Positions 1 through 8,584 of a stretch of DNA of 64,000 bases are shown piece after piece (position 1 is the first letter of the stretch; each line of letters opens with the position of its first letter). Origin of the DNA: Flavobacteriales bacterium UBA6057 (lineage in GTDB: Bacteria > Bacteroidota > Bacteroidia > Flavobacteriales_G > Salibacteraceae). Position numbers and translations under genes: made by a program. The notes beneath the pieces are model-generated. The model was not told the origin of the DNA. It searched no databases and was given only the letters and a program-made list of their open reading frames with translations. The stretch is from assembly GCA_002428995.1 (NCBI GenBank), contig DIYJ01000015.1:125144-189143 (forward strand). The letters run 5' to 3'.

Positions 1-2
1 AT

Positions 3-836
3 GGAGCAAAGGGAAGCGAGAATATTCAAGGAGAGGAGCAGCAAAAACTGGATGTTTATGCGGATAACCTCTTTACCGATGCGTTTCGCAAATCGGGAGT
101 GATCGCAGGAATGGCAAGCGAAGAAGTGGACAATGCACTTCAGTTTGATGAAAGCCTGGACGGCCGCTATGTGATCATGATCGATCCATTGGATGGTTCT
201 TCAAACATTGATGTAAATGTGGCGATCGGAACCATTTTCGCCATTTACGAGCGCGTTTCTCCTGTGGGTCAGCCTTTGACGCCTGAAGACTTTCTGCAAG
301 CCGGTTCAAAGCAGGTTGCTTCCGGTTATGTGAGCTACAGTGTGTCCACCCAATTGGTGTTCAGCGTGGGTGCGGGAGTTCACATCTTCACCTTGGATCC
401 TTCTTCTCAAGAGTACATGCTCATCCAGGAGAATGTCACCATCCCCGAGGACGGAAAGGTTTATTCCATCAACGAGGTGAACTTCGATGATTTCAACGCA
501 CCGTTGCAGCGCTTTGTGCAATACTGCCGTGATAAGCGTAATGAAAAAGGAAAGCGCAAGTACACGGGCAGATACATTGGGTCGTTGGTAGCGGATTTTC
601 ACCGAAACCTGCTCAAGGGAGGAATCTATGTGTATCCCGCCACGGTTGAGGCTCCCAATGGGAAACTGCGCTTGCTTTACGAAGGAAATCCAATGGCTTT
701 TCTGATTACTCAGGCAGGAGGAAAAGCGACCGATGGCGTTCAGAACATCCTTGACATTGTGCCTACGGAGCTGCACCAGCGCTGTCCGCTCTACATTGGT
801 AGCCCTGTGATGATGGATGAGGTGATGAAACCTTAA
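3..836 (+). CDS. fbp: Fructose-1,6-bisphosphatase class 1; 5' end lies outside the window (reading frame is open from nt 3)
   Basis: Translation from nt 3 reads ...[32 protein letters not shown]..., then [19 protein letters not shown] (FBPase metal-binding motif). No stop precedes it back to the window edge. Confidence 0.9.
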   Translation, partial: GAKGSENIQGEEQQKLDVYADNLFTDAFRKSGVIAGMASEEVDNALQFDESLDGRYVIMIDPLDGSSNIDVNVAIGTIFAIYERVSPVGQPLTPEDFLQAGSKQVASGYVSYSVSTQLVFSVGAGVHIFTLDPSSQEYMLIQENVTIPEDGKVYSINEVNFDDFNAPLQRFVQYCRDKRNEKGKRKYTGRYIGSLVADFHRNLLKGGIYVYPATVEAPNGKLRLLYEGNPMAFLITQAGGKATDGVQNILDIVPTELHQRCPLYIGSPVMMDEVMKP

Positions 837-937
837 AGAATCTCATAGTTGCAATTCCTCGTGAGTAACCACTGAGCTTCTCTGTGTGCTCTGTGAAAAA
901 CTCTGTGACCTCTGTGGTTAAAAAACGTTTCGAGCAC

Positions 938-1864
938 TCACGCTAAGTAGAGATGCATCAGCAAAACGGCAATGAAGGCAGCGCTCAACGCCAGCGATGA
1001 AATGGCGTTCATGTTCATGGTATTTCGAAAATTGACATGAGCCTCATCCTTCCAGGATAACCACATCCATCGAACGAAATAGGCCCCAATGGGAGCTGTG
1101 GCAGCTACTACGGTGATTAAGTCCATGATCCGGTTCTCCAGCATGTAGAGTGTTTGCATGCTGATGAAGCCCAGCGCAAAAAGCACGGCTGAAAAGATGA
1201 AGGTGCCGCGGACCCCAAGCATCAGTGAAAGCGTTTGATCTCCTCTTTCGCTGTCCTCCTTATGTTGGTAGATCTGTGTGAGCGGGTAGGAGCCAGCAAT
1301 GAGCAAGGTGCTTACTGCAGCAAAAGCCAAATGCGTCCCATCGATTTCAACTCCGATCCCAACGAGAACTGTCAGATAAGTGAAAGCTCCCTGGAAAGAA
1401 GTCACCACCACGGTACTGGTAATCGGAAAGCGCTTCAATCGGATCTTGTCGTAGCTGTAAGCCTTTGATACGAGCGTATAAGCGAAGATCATCGCGGCAA
1501 ACAGGGGTGAAATGAAGCATCCCCCGAAAACGGCAAGGACATCAAACAGGATGACAAGCAAGAAAAGCTCGTTGGTGACAGTGGGTGGTTTTTCCAAGCC
1601 TCCAATACTCTCTTCGTCACGATCGAAGTAGCTGTTGTATCCGTTGCTGGCCGGATAGAGGAATACGTGAATGATGATGAATACCCAAAGTGCATTCCAG
1701 AGTTCAAAGTCCTGACTGTTGCTAAGCGCAAACCAGAACACGGGCATGAGGAAGATCGAAAACGGAATCCGCATCAACACCAGTGCGTTCCGCCAGTTCC
1801 TTGCCTGACTCACCGGCTCCGAAAGAGAGGTGCTGCTATGATCCTGGGAAGAACGGTTTGCCAT
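938..1864 (-). CDS. UbiA-family aromatic prenyltransferase, integral membrane; last gene of the type III PKS operon
   Basis: 308 aa with about 8 hydrophobic helices. Asp-rich segment YNSYFDRDEE. Its start overlaps the stop of the upstream oxidoreductase by 29 nt. Confidence 0.6.
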   Translation of the reverse strand: MANRSSQDHSSTSLSEPVSQARNWRNALVLMRIPFSIFLMPVFWFALSNSQDFELWNALWVFIIIHVFLYPASNGYNSYFDRDEESIGGLEKPPTVTNELFLLVILFDVLAVFGGCFISPLFAAMIFAYTLVSKAYSYDKIRLKRFPITSTVVVTSFQGAFTYLTVLVGIGVEIDGTHLAFAAVSTLLIAGSYPLTQIYQHKEDSERGDQTLSLMLGVRGTFIFSAVLFALGFISMQTLYMLENRIMDLITVVAATAPIGAYFVRWMWLSWKDEAHVNFRNTMNMNAISSLALSAAFIAVLLMHLYLA

Positions 1865-2960
1865 GAGTTTGCTTGATCATTACGGTGGCTAAAGGTGGAA
1901 AGAAGTTGGCGCTTTGCACCAGGGCTTCCATCAGTGGAGGCGAGAAAAAAGCGCGCTGCATCCAGCGGGCAAAACTGAAACGATGACCAAATGCTCTCTG
2001 CCAATCGCGTTCGTAGTTGGAGGTCATTTCACGGGCTGAAATCTGTCCTTTCAGGTGAGCGCTCACCTGTTGGTGCAGCAAGTAACCACTGTGCAGCGCC
2101 ATGCTCATGCCATTGCCACTCAGCGGGGCGATCAATCCAGCTGCATCTCCTGCAAACAAGACTTCCGAGTTGCCTTTTTCCTTGTTCTGAAAGTTCACCT
2201 GAGAAATGACCTTCGGTTCGTCATAGAGTCGCTCGAAGCGGTTGAAGTAATCAGCCAGATTCGGGTTTCGGGACAACACTAACTGCTCCATGTCTGAAAT
2301 GGTCATTCCTTTTTTGAGGTTAGAGGCCTTGCTCAGATAACACATGCAGTAGCGATCCCCTTCGATGGCTGAGATGCCGCAGTAACCTTCATGAAAGAGG
2401 TGCAGCTCTATCAAGTCCTGGGGTAAATCAGCTTTTACATGGTACTTCACACCGATGAAGTTTTCGGATGCAGGAAGCGGTTTTTGGATGAAATCCCGGT
2501 TGAGCTGCTTGTCAATGGTAGAACGCTTTCCGTGTGCTCCGATCACCAAGCTTGCTTCAAATGCTCCCGCACTTGTCTCAAGAATGCCATCGCTCAGGTT
2601 CTTCACAGTAGTTCCATCACACACTGTTACTCCTTCATGGCGAGCACGTTCAGCAAGTGCCTCATCGAGTGCATAACGGCTAATGCCGATGCCTCCGAGT
2701 GGGAGTTGGGATTGAAGCGAGCTGCCGGAAGTCAAGGTGATCCGCAGTCGATGGATGGGCTTTGCATCCAAAGCTTCCAGATCTGCTCCCAAGTGCTGTA
2801 AGTAGGAAACGGATTCATTGGAGATGTACTCGCCACATACTTTGTGAAAGGGGTAGGTGTTCTTTTCGAAGAGCACAACAGAGAAACCTGCACGGGCAAG
2901 TTCAATGCTCATTGAAAGTCCTGCAAGCCCTCCACCTATGATGGCTACATCGTACTTCAT
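1836..2960 (-). CDS. FAD-dependent oxidoreductase (geranylgeranyl-reductase / SrsC-like flavoprotein hydroxylase family)
   Basis: Rossmann FAD motif MKYDVAIIGGGLAGLSMSIELARAG at the N-terminus. Start placed at 2960 because rc(2957-2960) reads ATGA, with the methyltransferase stop. The longer ORF reaching 3002 is rejected. Confidence 0.75.
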   Translation of the reverse strand: MKYDVAIIGGGLAGLSMSIELARAGFSVVLFEKNTYPFHKVCGEYISNESVSYLQHLGADLEALDAKPIHRLRITLTSGSSLQSQLPLGGIGISRYALDEALAERARHEGVTVCDGTTVKNLSDGILETSAGAFEASLVIGAHGKRSTIDKQLNRDFIQKPLPASENFIGVKYHVKADLPQDLIELHLFHEGYCGISAIEGDRYCMCYLSKASNLKKGMTISDMEQLVLSRNPNLADYFNRFERLYDEPKVISQVNFQNKEKGNSEVLFAGDAAGLIAPLSGNGMSMALHSGYLLHQQVSAHLKGQISAREMTSNYERDWQRAFGHRFSFARWMQRAFFSPPLMEALVQSANFFPPLATVMIKQTHGKPFFPGS

Positions 2961-3661
2961 CCCTTGAATCCGATGACGCAGTGACGAAAAGCCCATTGCC
3001 ACGAAAGCTCTACGTGAAGCACTCCGGCTTTGAGGAGCATTTCACGCCATTCCCCCAGCGTGAAGCCGCGCTGTACCGAGAGCGGAGCATCGTGTTTCAC
3101 CAGGTGAGATTTAGACAGCAAGCGTGTCAGCAGTGTGATGCTGGCGTGTGCAATGCGGTGCCGCTCCAGATCGTTGATCACAAAACCGATGCGACTGTTT
3201 TGATGCATGACCTGCAGCAATGTCGTGAGTTCCTGATCATAGAAATGATGGCAGAAAAGGCTGCACATGGCGATGTCGAACTTGTCCGTCTGCCCTTCAA
3301 GCGCCTGAAAGGGCATTTGCAAAAACTCTATGCGTTCGATGGATGCACATCGCTCTTTGGCGTACTCAATAGCTGTCGGGGAAAGGTCCAGTCCGGTAAA
3401 TCGAACTTTCAGTTTTCGTTTTTGCGCCCATCGATCCACTGCCGCAATGGTATCTCCACCACCGCAACCAATGTCCAGGATGTGGTAGGTTTTCTCGGGC
3501 TTTTTCATGAGCCTTTTCAGGCCGTGGAAAGTGGTTTGGTAACCACCGAGTAGCGTATTGATGGTTTCCAGTTCGCGCAGGTTCAGCCTCAACGCATCCC
3601 GATCTACTTTAGGGTCGTCCATGAGTTCCGGTCCGGGATGGCGGTGAGCAAAATGCCACAT
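2957..3661 (-). CDS. Class I SAM-dependent methyltransferase (SrsB-like O-methyltransferase candidate)
   Basis: SAM motif ILDIGCGGGDT and acidic loop FTGLDLSP. The ATG at rc(3659-3661) overlaps the PKS TGA stop by 1 nt (TGATG). Confidence 0.8.
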   Translation of the reverse strand: MWHFAHRHPGPELMDDPKVDRDALRLNLRELETINTLLGGYQTTFHGLKRLMKKPEKTYHILDIGCGGGDTIAAVDRWAQKRKLKVRFTGLDLSPTAIEYAKERCASIERIEFLQMPFQALEGQTDKFDIAMCSLFCHHFYDQELTTLLQVMHQNSRIGFVINDLERHRIAHASITLLTRLLSKSHLVKHDAPLSVQRGFTLGEWREMLLKAGVLHVELSWQWAFRHCVIGFKG

Positions 3662-4710
3662 CACACCCTGATTTTTCCGTACAAATGCTCGATGGTAATG
3701 CCTGGGCCAAATCCCAGCGCCTGAAGATTGCGATCCGAAACCGCGGATTCCATCAACTTCTTGAGCACAAAAAGGATCGTAGCAGAAGAGAGGTTTCCAA
3801 CTTCTTCCAACACTTGCCTCGATGCATCCAAGCTGCCTTTATCAAGCTTCAATCCTGTTTCCACCGCTTCAAGGATATTCTTGCCTCCTGGGTGAACAGC
3901 CCAGGAAGTGGAGCTGTCAGGACGTCCTTCATGCTCAAAAATATCCGCGATTCCAAGCTCCAGAACCTTGGGGACGTATGAACTCAGTTTCAACAAGAAG
4001 CCGTCAGAGTGAATGTTCCAGGCCATGAGTTGACTGTCGTTCGGGAAAAAGCGCTGGGAAAAACCATCCATCTGAATAGCGATACCAGTTGGGTTTTCCG
4101 AAGAGACAATGCAGGCCGCTGCACCATCCCCGAACAGTGCGTTTGCAAGAATGCTGTCATCGTCCTCTGAAGGTTGAAAATGCAGGCTACAGAGCTCTAC
4201 GCTGACGATCAGAATACGGGCTTGTGAATCGGCCAACGCCATTTGACGAGCCATTTTCAGCGCGTGAAAGGCTCCGTGGCAACCGATGAAATTTACCGCG
4301 TGCCTGGCACAGTTTTGATCCAGTTCCAACTCCTGCGCAATCTGCAATTCCAGCCCAGGAGCCGAGAGGCCCGTGCATGAAACCGTGATCACATGCGTGA
4401 TCTCAGCAGGCCTCAGTCCTTCAAGTTTGCGAATCGCTTGCATGGTGAGCGGCAGTGCCTCTCGTTGATACGTTCTCATCCGCTCTTCTACCTTAGGATT
4501 GTGCCCATTGAACAAGGCTCGCTCGTTGGGGAAGTTAAAGTCATTCAGCACTGAATAGCGTGATTGAATCCCCGACTTCCGCGCCACAAGCTTCACTTTC
4601 CGTGCGGCTTCTTCCGTTTGAGCGGATGTAATGAGAAAACGCGTGATCTGCTCTGCATCGTAACGATGGGTCGGCAGTGCGGTGGCAATTTGTTGAATGT
4701 AAACAGGCAA
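3661..4710 (-). CDS. Type III polyketide synthase (chalcone/stilbene synthase superfamily; SrsA/ArsB-like alkylresorcinol synthase candidate)
   Basis: 349 aa. Catalytic triad motifs are present: IGCHGAF (Cys), AVHPGGKNIL (His), VGNLSSATILF (Asn). Confidence 0.9.
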   Translation of the reverse strand: MPVYIQQIATALPTHRYDAEQITRFLITSAQTEEAARKVKLVARKSGIQSRYSVLNDFNFPNERALFNGHNPKVEERMRTYQREALPLTMQAIRKLEGLRPAEITHVITVSCTGLSAPGLELQIAQELELDQNCARHAVNFIGCHGAFHALKMARQMALADSQARILIVSVELCSLHFQPSEDDDSILANALFGDGAAACIVSSENPTGIAIQMDGFSQRFFPNDSQLMAWNIHSDGFLLKLSSYVPKVLELGIADIFEHEGRPDSSTSWAVHPGGKNILEAVETGLKLDKGSLDASRQVLEEVGNLSSATILFVLKKLMESAVSDRNLQALGFGPGITIEHLYGKIRV

Positions 4711-4822
4711 TGCGGAGGTGATGACTGAAAGCTAAACATACGATTTGGTATCAAGTTTAGCGGACACGAAAATCATCCTGTTAAAGACAGATGCCGAGCC
4801 TCACATAAGCCGGGGAGAGATG

Positions 4823-6619
4823 TTAGCTGATCAGCTCCAAATAGCTGGTGTCGATGACGCTTCTGATCTCATTCTCAAGACGTTGGCTGGTGACTGGCTT
4901 CGACAAGAAACCGTGCATTCCGAGTTTTCTGCACTGTTCTTCGTCCTCCTTCAGTGCATTGGCAGTGAGCGCAATGATGTGAGGTTTGTGCTCAATGGAG
5001 CTATCCGTGAGGATTTTTGTGGAGGCATCGAGGCCATTCATCACGGGCATGTGCAGGTCCATTAACACAATATCGTACTTGTTCTGGCGAACCATTTCAA
5101 CTGCTTCTGCACCGTTTTCAGCCAGGTCGGCTTTGATGGATAAGCTTTCCAGGAGCTTGGCGATGATGATTTGGTTGACTCTGTTGTCCTCCGTCAACAA
5201 TACCTTGACTTCATTCAGTGGTTTGTTGGAGACAAGCCTTGGAGTGTGGCCTTTTTCAATGGCAAAATCATGACGCCTCAGCGGCAGTGCAAAGGTGAAA
5301 GTAGAGCCTTGTCCCACTTCACTTTCAATGGTCATATAGCCGCCCATGAGCGTTGCCAGTGACTGGCAAATTGCTAATCCCAGTCCTGCGCCTCCATTTT
5401 CGTTTCGGGTATTGATCACCTGCCTGAAGGGCTGCCGAATGAACTCCATTTGTGAAGCCGGAATGCCAATCCCCGTGTCTTCGATCCGAAAGCTTAACCA
5501 TTCTTTTTGGCCGGGGTCTGTAAAGCAATCAATGGAGAAACCGATTTTACCTTGATCTGTGTACTTAACGGCATTGGAAATCAGGTTGGTTAAAACCTGC
5601 TTCAGACGTAGGTTGTCGCCAATGATTCCTTTGGGCACATTCTGTCCCATCGACCATGAAAACTCAATGGACTTATTGGTTTCTTCAATTTTGAAACGGG
5701 TGAACTGCGCCATGTTTTTAGCCAGCTCGTGGATGTCGGTAGGCGCATTTTTCACTTCCAGGCGATCGGCCTCCACCTTGGAAAGATCCAAAATATCGGA
5801 TATCAGATTCAGCAGAAGATCGCTGCTTTCTTCCATGAGCTGAACCAACTCGGCTTGCTCCGGGGTTAGTTTCTTTTTCTTGAGCAAGTCATTTGCCCCG
5901 ATGATCGTGTTCAAAGGAGTGCGCAGTTCATGGCTCATCTTGGCAAGGAAAGATGTTTTGGCATTGGAAGCCTGCTCGGCAACTTCCTTCGCTACTTGAA
6001 GTTTTTTGTTGGACCTGTTCAGGTCTTGGGTGACGTTCAGAAGTTGATCATGGTCTTTGATGTAGCTGAGTCTGAACGTGATGATTAACCCCGCGCTGGC
6101 CATCAGTGTGGATACAAGACTCAGGGCTATGTCCCAACGCTGCACCGCTTCTGATTCGTAGTCTACCACCAGGTCGGGATACAGAAACTCGATCGTGACC
6201 AAACCACCCAGACAGATGAGAATACTAACAGGAAGGTGGTATTGATACTGCTTGTCGAGCACAATGGAGCCCATGAACAGCAGAAGGAATAGGAAGGGAG
6301 TGACAGAACCGAGGATTCCACCGTTCAGAAACCAAAGAGGAATGAGCAGCGAAAAACCAAGACCAATGAAGACCAGCTTTACCTTGCTGGTGATTGGATG
6401 TTTTTTGGTGTAAAAGAAAATCCCGCTGTAAAAAACAATCAATACACCCAGGATAGCATTGATAGCCGGAGGTAGATCGAGCATGTAGTTCAATCCCACC
6501 GTAGGAATCAACAGCAGACTGAGCACGAGGCTGATCATTCTGATCAATCGATCTTCTATATGATGATGATCGTTGAACAGATTCTTCCAAAGAAGTCTCA
6601 GCTTGCTCATGAGAGACAC
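4823..6619 (-). CDS. Hybrid sensor histidine kinase/response regulator with multi-TM N-terminal sensor domain
   Basis: About 6-7 TM helices, HisKA H-box SHELRTPLNTIIG, HATPase G-boxes (DTGIGI, GAGLGLAI), C-terminal receiver (VLLTEDNRVNQ..DIVLMDLHMPVMNGL..KP). Confidence 0.85.
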   Translation of the reverse strand: MSLMSKLRLLWKNLFNDHHHIEDRLIRMISLVLSLLLIPTVGLNYMLDLPPAINAILGVLIVFYSGIFFYTKKHPITSKVKLVFIGLGFSLLIPLWFLNGGILGSVTPFLFLLLFMGSIVLDKQYQYHLPVSILICLGGLVTIEFLYPDLVVDYESEAVQRWDIALSLVSTLMASAGLIITFRLSYIKDHDQLLNVTQDLNRSNKKLQVAKEVAEQASNAKTSFLAKMSHELRTPLNTIIGANDLLKKKKLTPEQAELVQLMEESSDLLLNLISDILDLSKVEADRLEVKNAPTDIHELAKNMAQFTRFKIEETNKSIEFSWSMGQNVPKGIIGDNLRLKQVLTNLISNAVKYTDQGKIGFSIDCFTDPGQKEWLSFRIEDTGIGIPASQMEFIRQPFRQVINTRNENGGAGLGLAICQSLATLMGGYMTIESEVGQGSTFTFALPLRRHDFAIEKGHTPRLVSNKPLNEVKVLLTEDNRVNQIIIAKLLESLSIKADLAENGAEAVEMVRQNKYDIVLMDLHMPVMNGLDASTKILTDSSIEHKPHIIALTANALKEDEEQCRKLGMHGFLSKPVTSQRLENEIRSVIDTSYLELIS

Positions 6620-6846
6620 GAGGCTTTGTAAATGGATAGCATATGTAAGAACCGCTGCAGGTTAGAGAAGCTCTTACGGCTAGCTTTTTGTTTTTGTTTC
6701 TAAATCAATGTGCGTTTGCTTTTAGGAGGTTAGTTTTTGTGTTGATGTTTAATGTTCTGTTATTCAGGTATTTAGGGTGGGTTTAATTGCGGTTGTGTCT
6801 TCGCAAAAAAAGGTCGTATTCTCGCCTTCCTGACCTCATTTTCAAC

Positions 6847-6888
6847 AAAAAAAAGTGCGGAGCCCGTATTCACGAACTCCGCACTTTT
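6847..6888 (-). terminator. Rho-independent terminator downstream of AhpD-like gene (hairpin AGTGCGGAG..CTCCGCACT with A-run and T-run on either side, so it could act in both directions)
   Basis: 9-bp GC-rich stem 6854-6862 / 6877-6885. The minus strand shows a T8 tract after the stem. Confidence 0.6.
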
Positions 6889-6907
6889 CAACCCATAACC
6901 TAACTTG

Positions 6908-7456
6908 CTATGCTGTCACTGTTTCCAAAGGTTCCGCCAGTGGGAAATCGATTGGAATGTTTGTCGTTCCATGGATGAAGTTGCTTACCATCTTGTCTCC
7001 GATTACCATGATAATGTCAACGAGGTTTTCCTGGTTGTAACCTGCTGCCAGGAGTCCATCGATGGCGCCTTGAGAAGGATGGCTTCTGTTTACGACCGAA
7101 TCTTTTACGAATCGAGCCAAAGCGTCAAACTTTGCATCGAAGCTTGCCTGACCGCTTCTGATCTCAAGGATCTGCTCGTCTGTGAATCCGTTCATTTTAC
7201 CGAGAGCCGTGTGAGCTGAGAGGCAGTAGAAGCACTGGTTTACTTCACTCACTACGAGGTTGATGATCTCACGCTCTTTAGCGCGCAATGAGCTTTTTCG
7301 GTTTTGAAGTGCGAGGTAATCTCCGAGCGCTGTGCCGCTGTGTGCGTAGTAAGCATAGAGGTTTGGAACAAAGCCCAGGTTCTTGTTCAGGTTGTCGAAG
7401 ATACCTTGGTTTCCTTCGCTTACTTCTTCTCTTGTGGGGACTGTTAAAGTTGCCAT
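6908..7456 (-). CDS. Carboxymuconolactone decarboxylase / AhpD-family peroxidase-like protein
   Basis: 182 aa. AhpD core CxxC-H motif (NQCFYCLSAHTALGK). Confidence 0.75.
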   Translation of the reverse strand: MATLTVPTREEVSEGNQGIFDNLNKNLGFVPNLYAYYAHSGTALGDYLALQNRKSSLRAKEREIINLVVSEVNQCFYCLSAHTALGKMNGFTDEQILEIRSGQASFDAKFDALARFVKDSVVNRSHPSQGAIDGLLAAGYNQENLVDIIMVIGDKMVSNFIHGTTNIPIDFPLAEPLETVTA

Positions 7457-7558
7457 AACTATTGTGTTTAAATGTGTTTTTGTTTTGATGGTACAAGGTT
7501 ATGGCGGTTTCAGAGGGGAGTCTATGACCAGGTTTCCCGGCTCATTGTCCATTTTTCC

Positions 7559-8404
7559 CTAAGCAGCATTTTTTGCCGTTTCACGGAACTCCTGCGGGCT
7601 TTTTCCTTCCAGTTTCTTGAAGAGTTTGTGGAAGGAGCTTACTTCTACGTAGCCTAGTTCTACCGCAATTTCTTTGATGGACAGATCAGTGTAGACGAGT
7701 AACCTGCGCGCTTCCAAAACAATGCGCTCGTGAACGACCTGAAGCGGAGACTTCTGATTGTAAAGCTTGAAGATGTTGGAGAGTGTTTTGGGAGATCGAT
7801 GCAGCCGGTCTGCATATTCATTCACGGTTTTAAGCTCCCGAAAGTGCATGTCGACCAGGAAGTTGAATTGACGAATCACCTCCACCTGGGAGTCGCTCAC
7901 TTCTTTATTGACCAGCTGTTCTTTCGCCAGGCGCGTACATATAATGATGAGCCTCTTGAGGAGCATTTGAAGCATTTCACCTTGAATCTTATCGGCTGTT
8001 TGAAATTCATCCTTGAACACCTCCAGCAGCAGGTTGAGTTTCCGTTGGTGTTCTTTGTCCAGGTGAATCACGGGAATGGTTTGCGTACCGAAGAAGATGA
8101 TCCCGTTGCATGATACTTCCTCATCGTGCGTGTGAATGCAGTAAAACTCCTTGTTGAAAGAAAAGGTGGTGATGTCTGGCTGATCTTCCAGCAAATGCAC
8201 CTTATGAAGAAAGGTGATGGTGGTGATGTGGTGAGGAGGAAGGGTGACCGGCATTTCATCCACCTTGAAATGATAAGGCTCATTGGAATGGTTCCAGAGA
8301 AAGTGGATGAGCTGGCTGTCTTCAAACGGTCCCTCGTTCCGTGTTAGCGGGTTCTGAAGGACAAAACGGCCCTTAAGCTTGGGTTCTGTGAAATCGTAGA
8401 ACAT
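7559..8404 (-). CDS. AraC-family transcriptional regulator
   Basis: C-terminal twin HTH (KTLSNIFKLYNQKSPLQ...TDLSIKEIAVELGYVEVSSFHKLFKKLEGKSPQEFRE). Confidence 0.85.
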   Translation of the reverse strand: MFYDFTEPKLKGRFVLQNPLTRNEGPFEDSQLIHFLWNHSNEPYHFKVDEMPVTLPPHHITTITFLHKVHLLEDQPDITTFSFNKEFYCIHTHDEEVSCNGIIFFGTQTIPVIHLDKEHQRKLNLLLEVFKDEFQTADKIQGEMLQMLLKRLIIICTRLAKEQLVNKEVSDSQVEVIRQFNFLVDMHFRELKTVNEYADRLHRSPKTLSNIFKLYNQKSPLQVVHERIVLEARRLLVYTDLSIKEIAVELGYVEVSSFHKLFKKLEGKSPQEFRETAKNAA

Positions 8405-8584
8405 GATGGTAAGTGATCGCTTGCTAATGTCGAAGTCTCTGGGAAAAACTTACCCGGTTGCTGAGAGTCTTGTTCACAGTCACACCTCGAAACAAGTTGC
8501 CAAGCGACTTTCCTCAGTGTGACAAAGTGCCTGAGTCTGCGCAGGTGCTTCAACTTTTCTGCACCTTCGCGGTTCGTTTGAGTC

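Noticed and set aside
2961-3002. Longer start (3002) for the FAD oxidoreductase
   Set aside because: It would overlap the methyltransferase by 46 nt. The ATG at 2960 gives an N-terminal GxGxxG and an ATGA overlap with the upstream stop.
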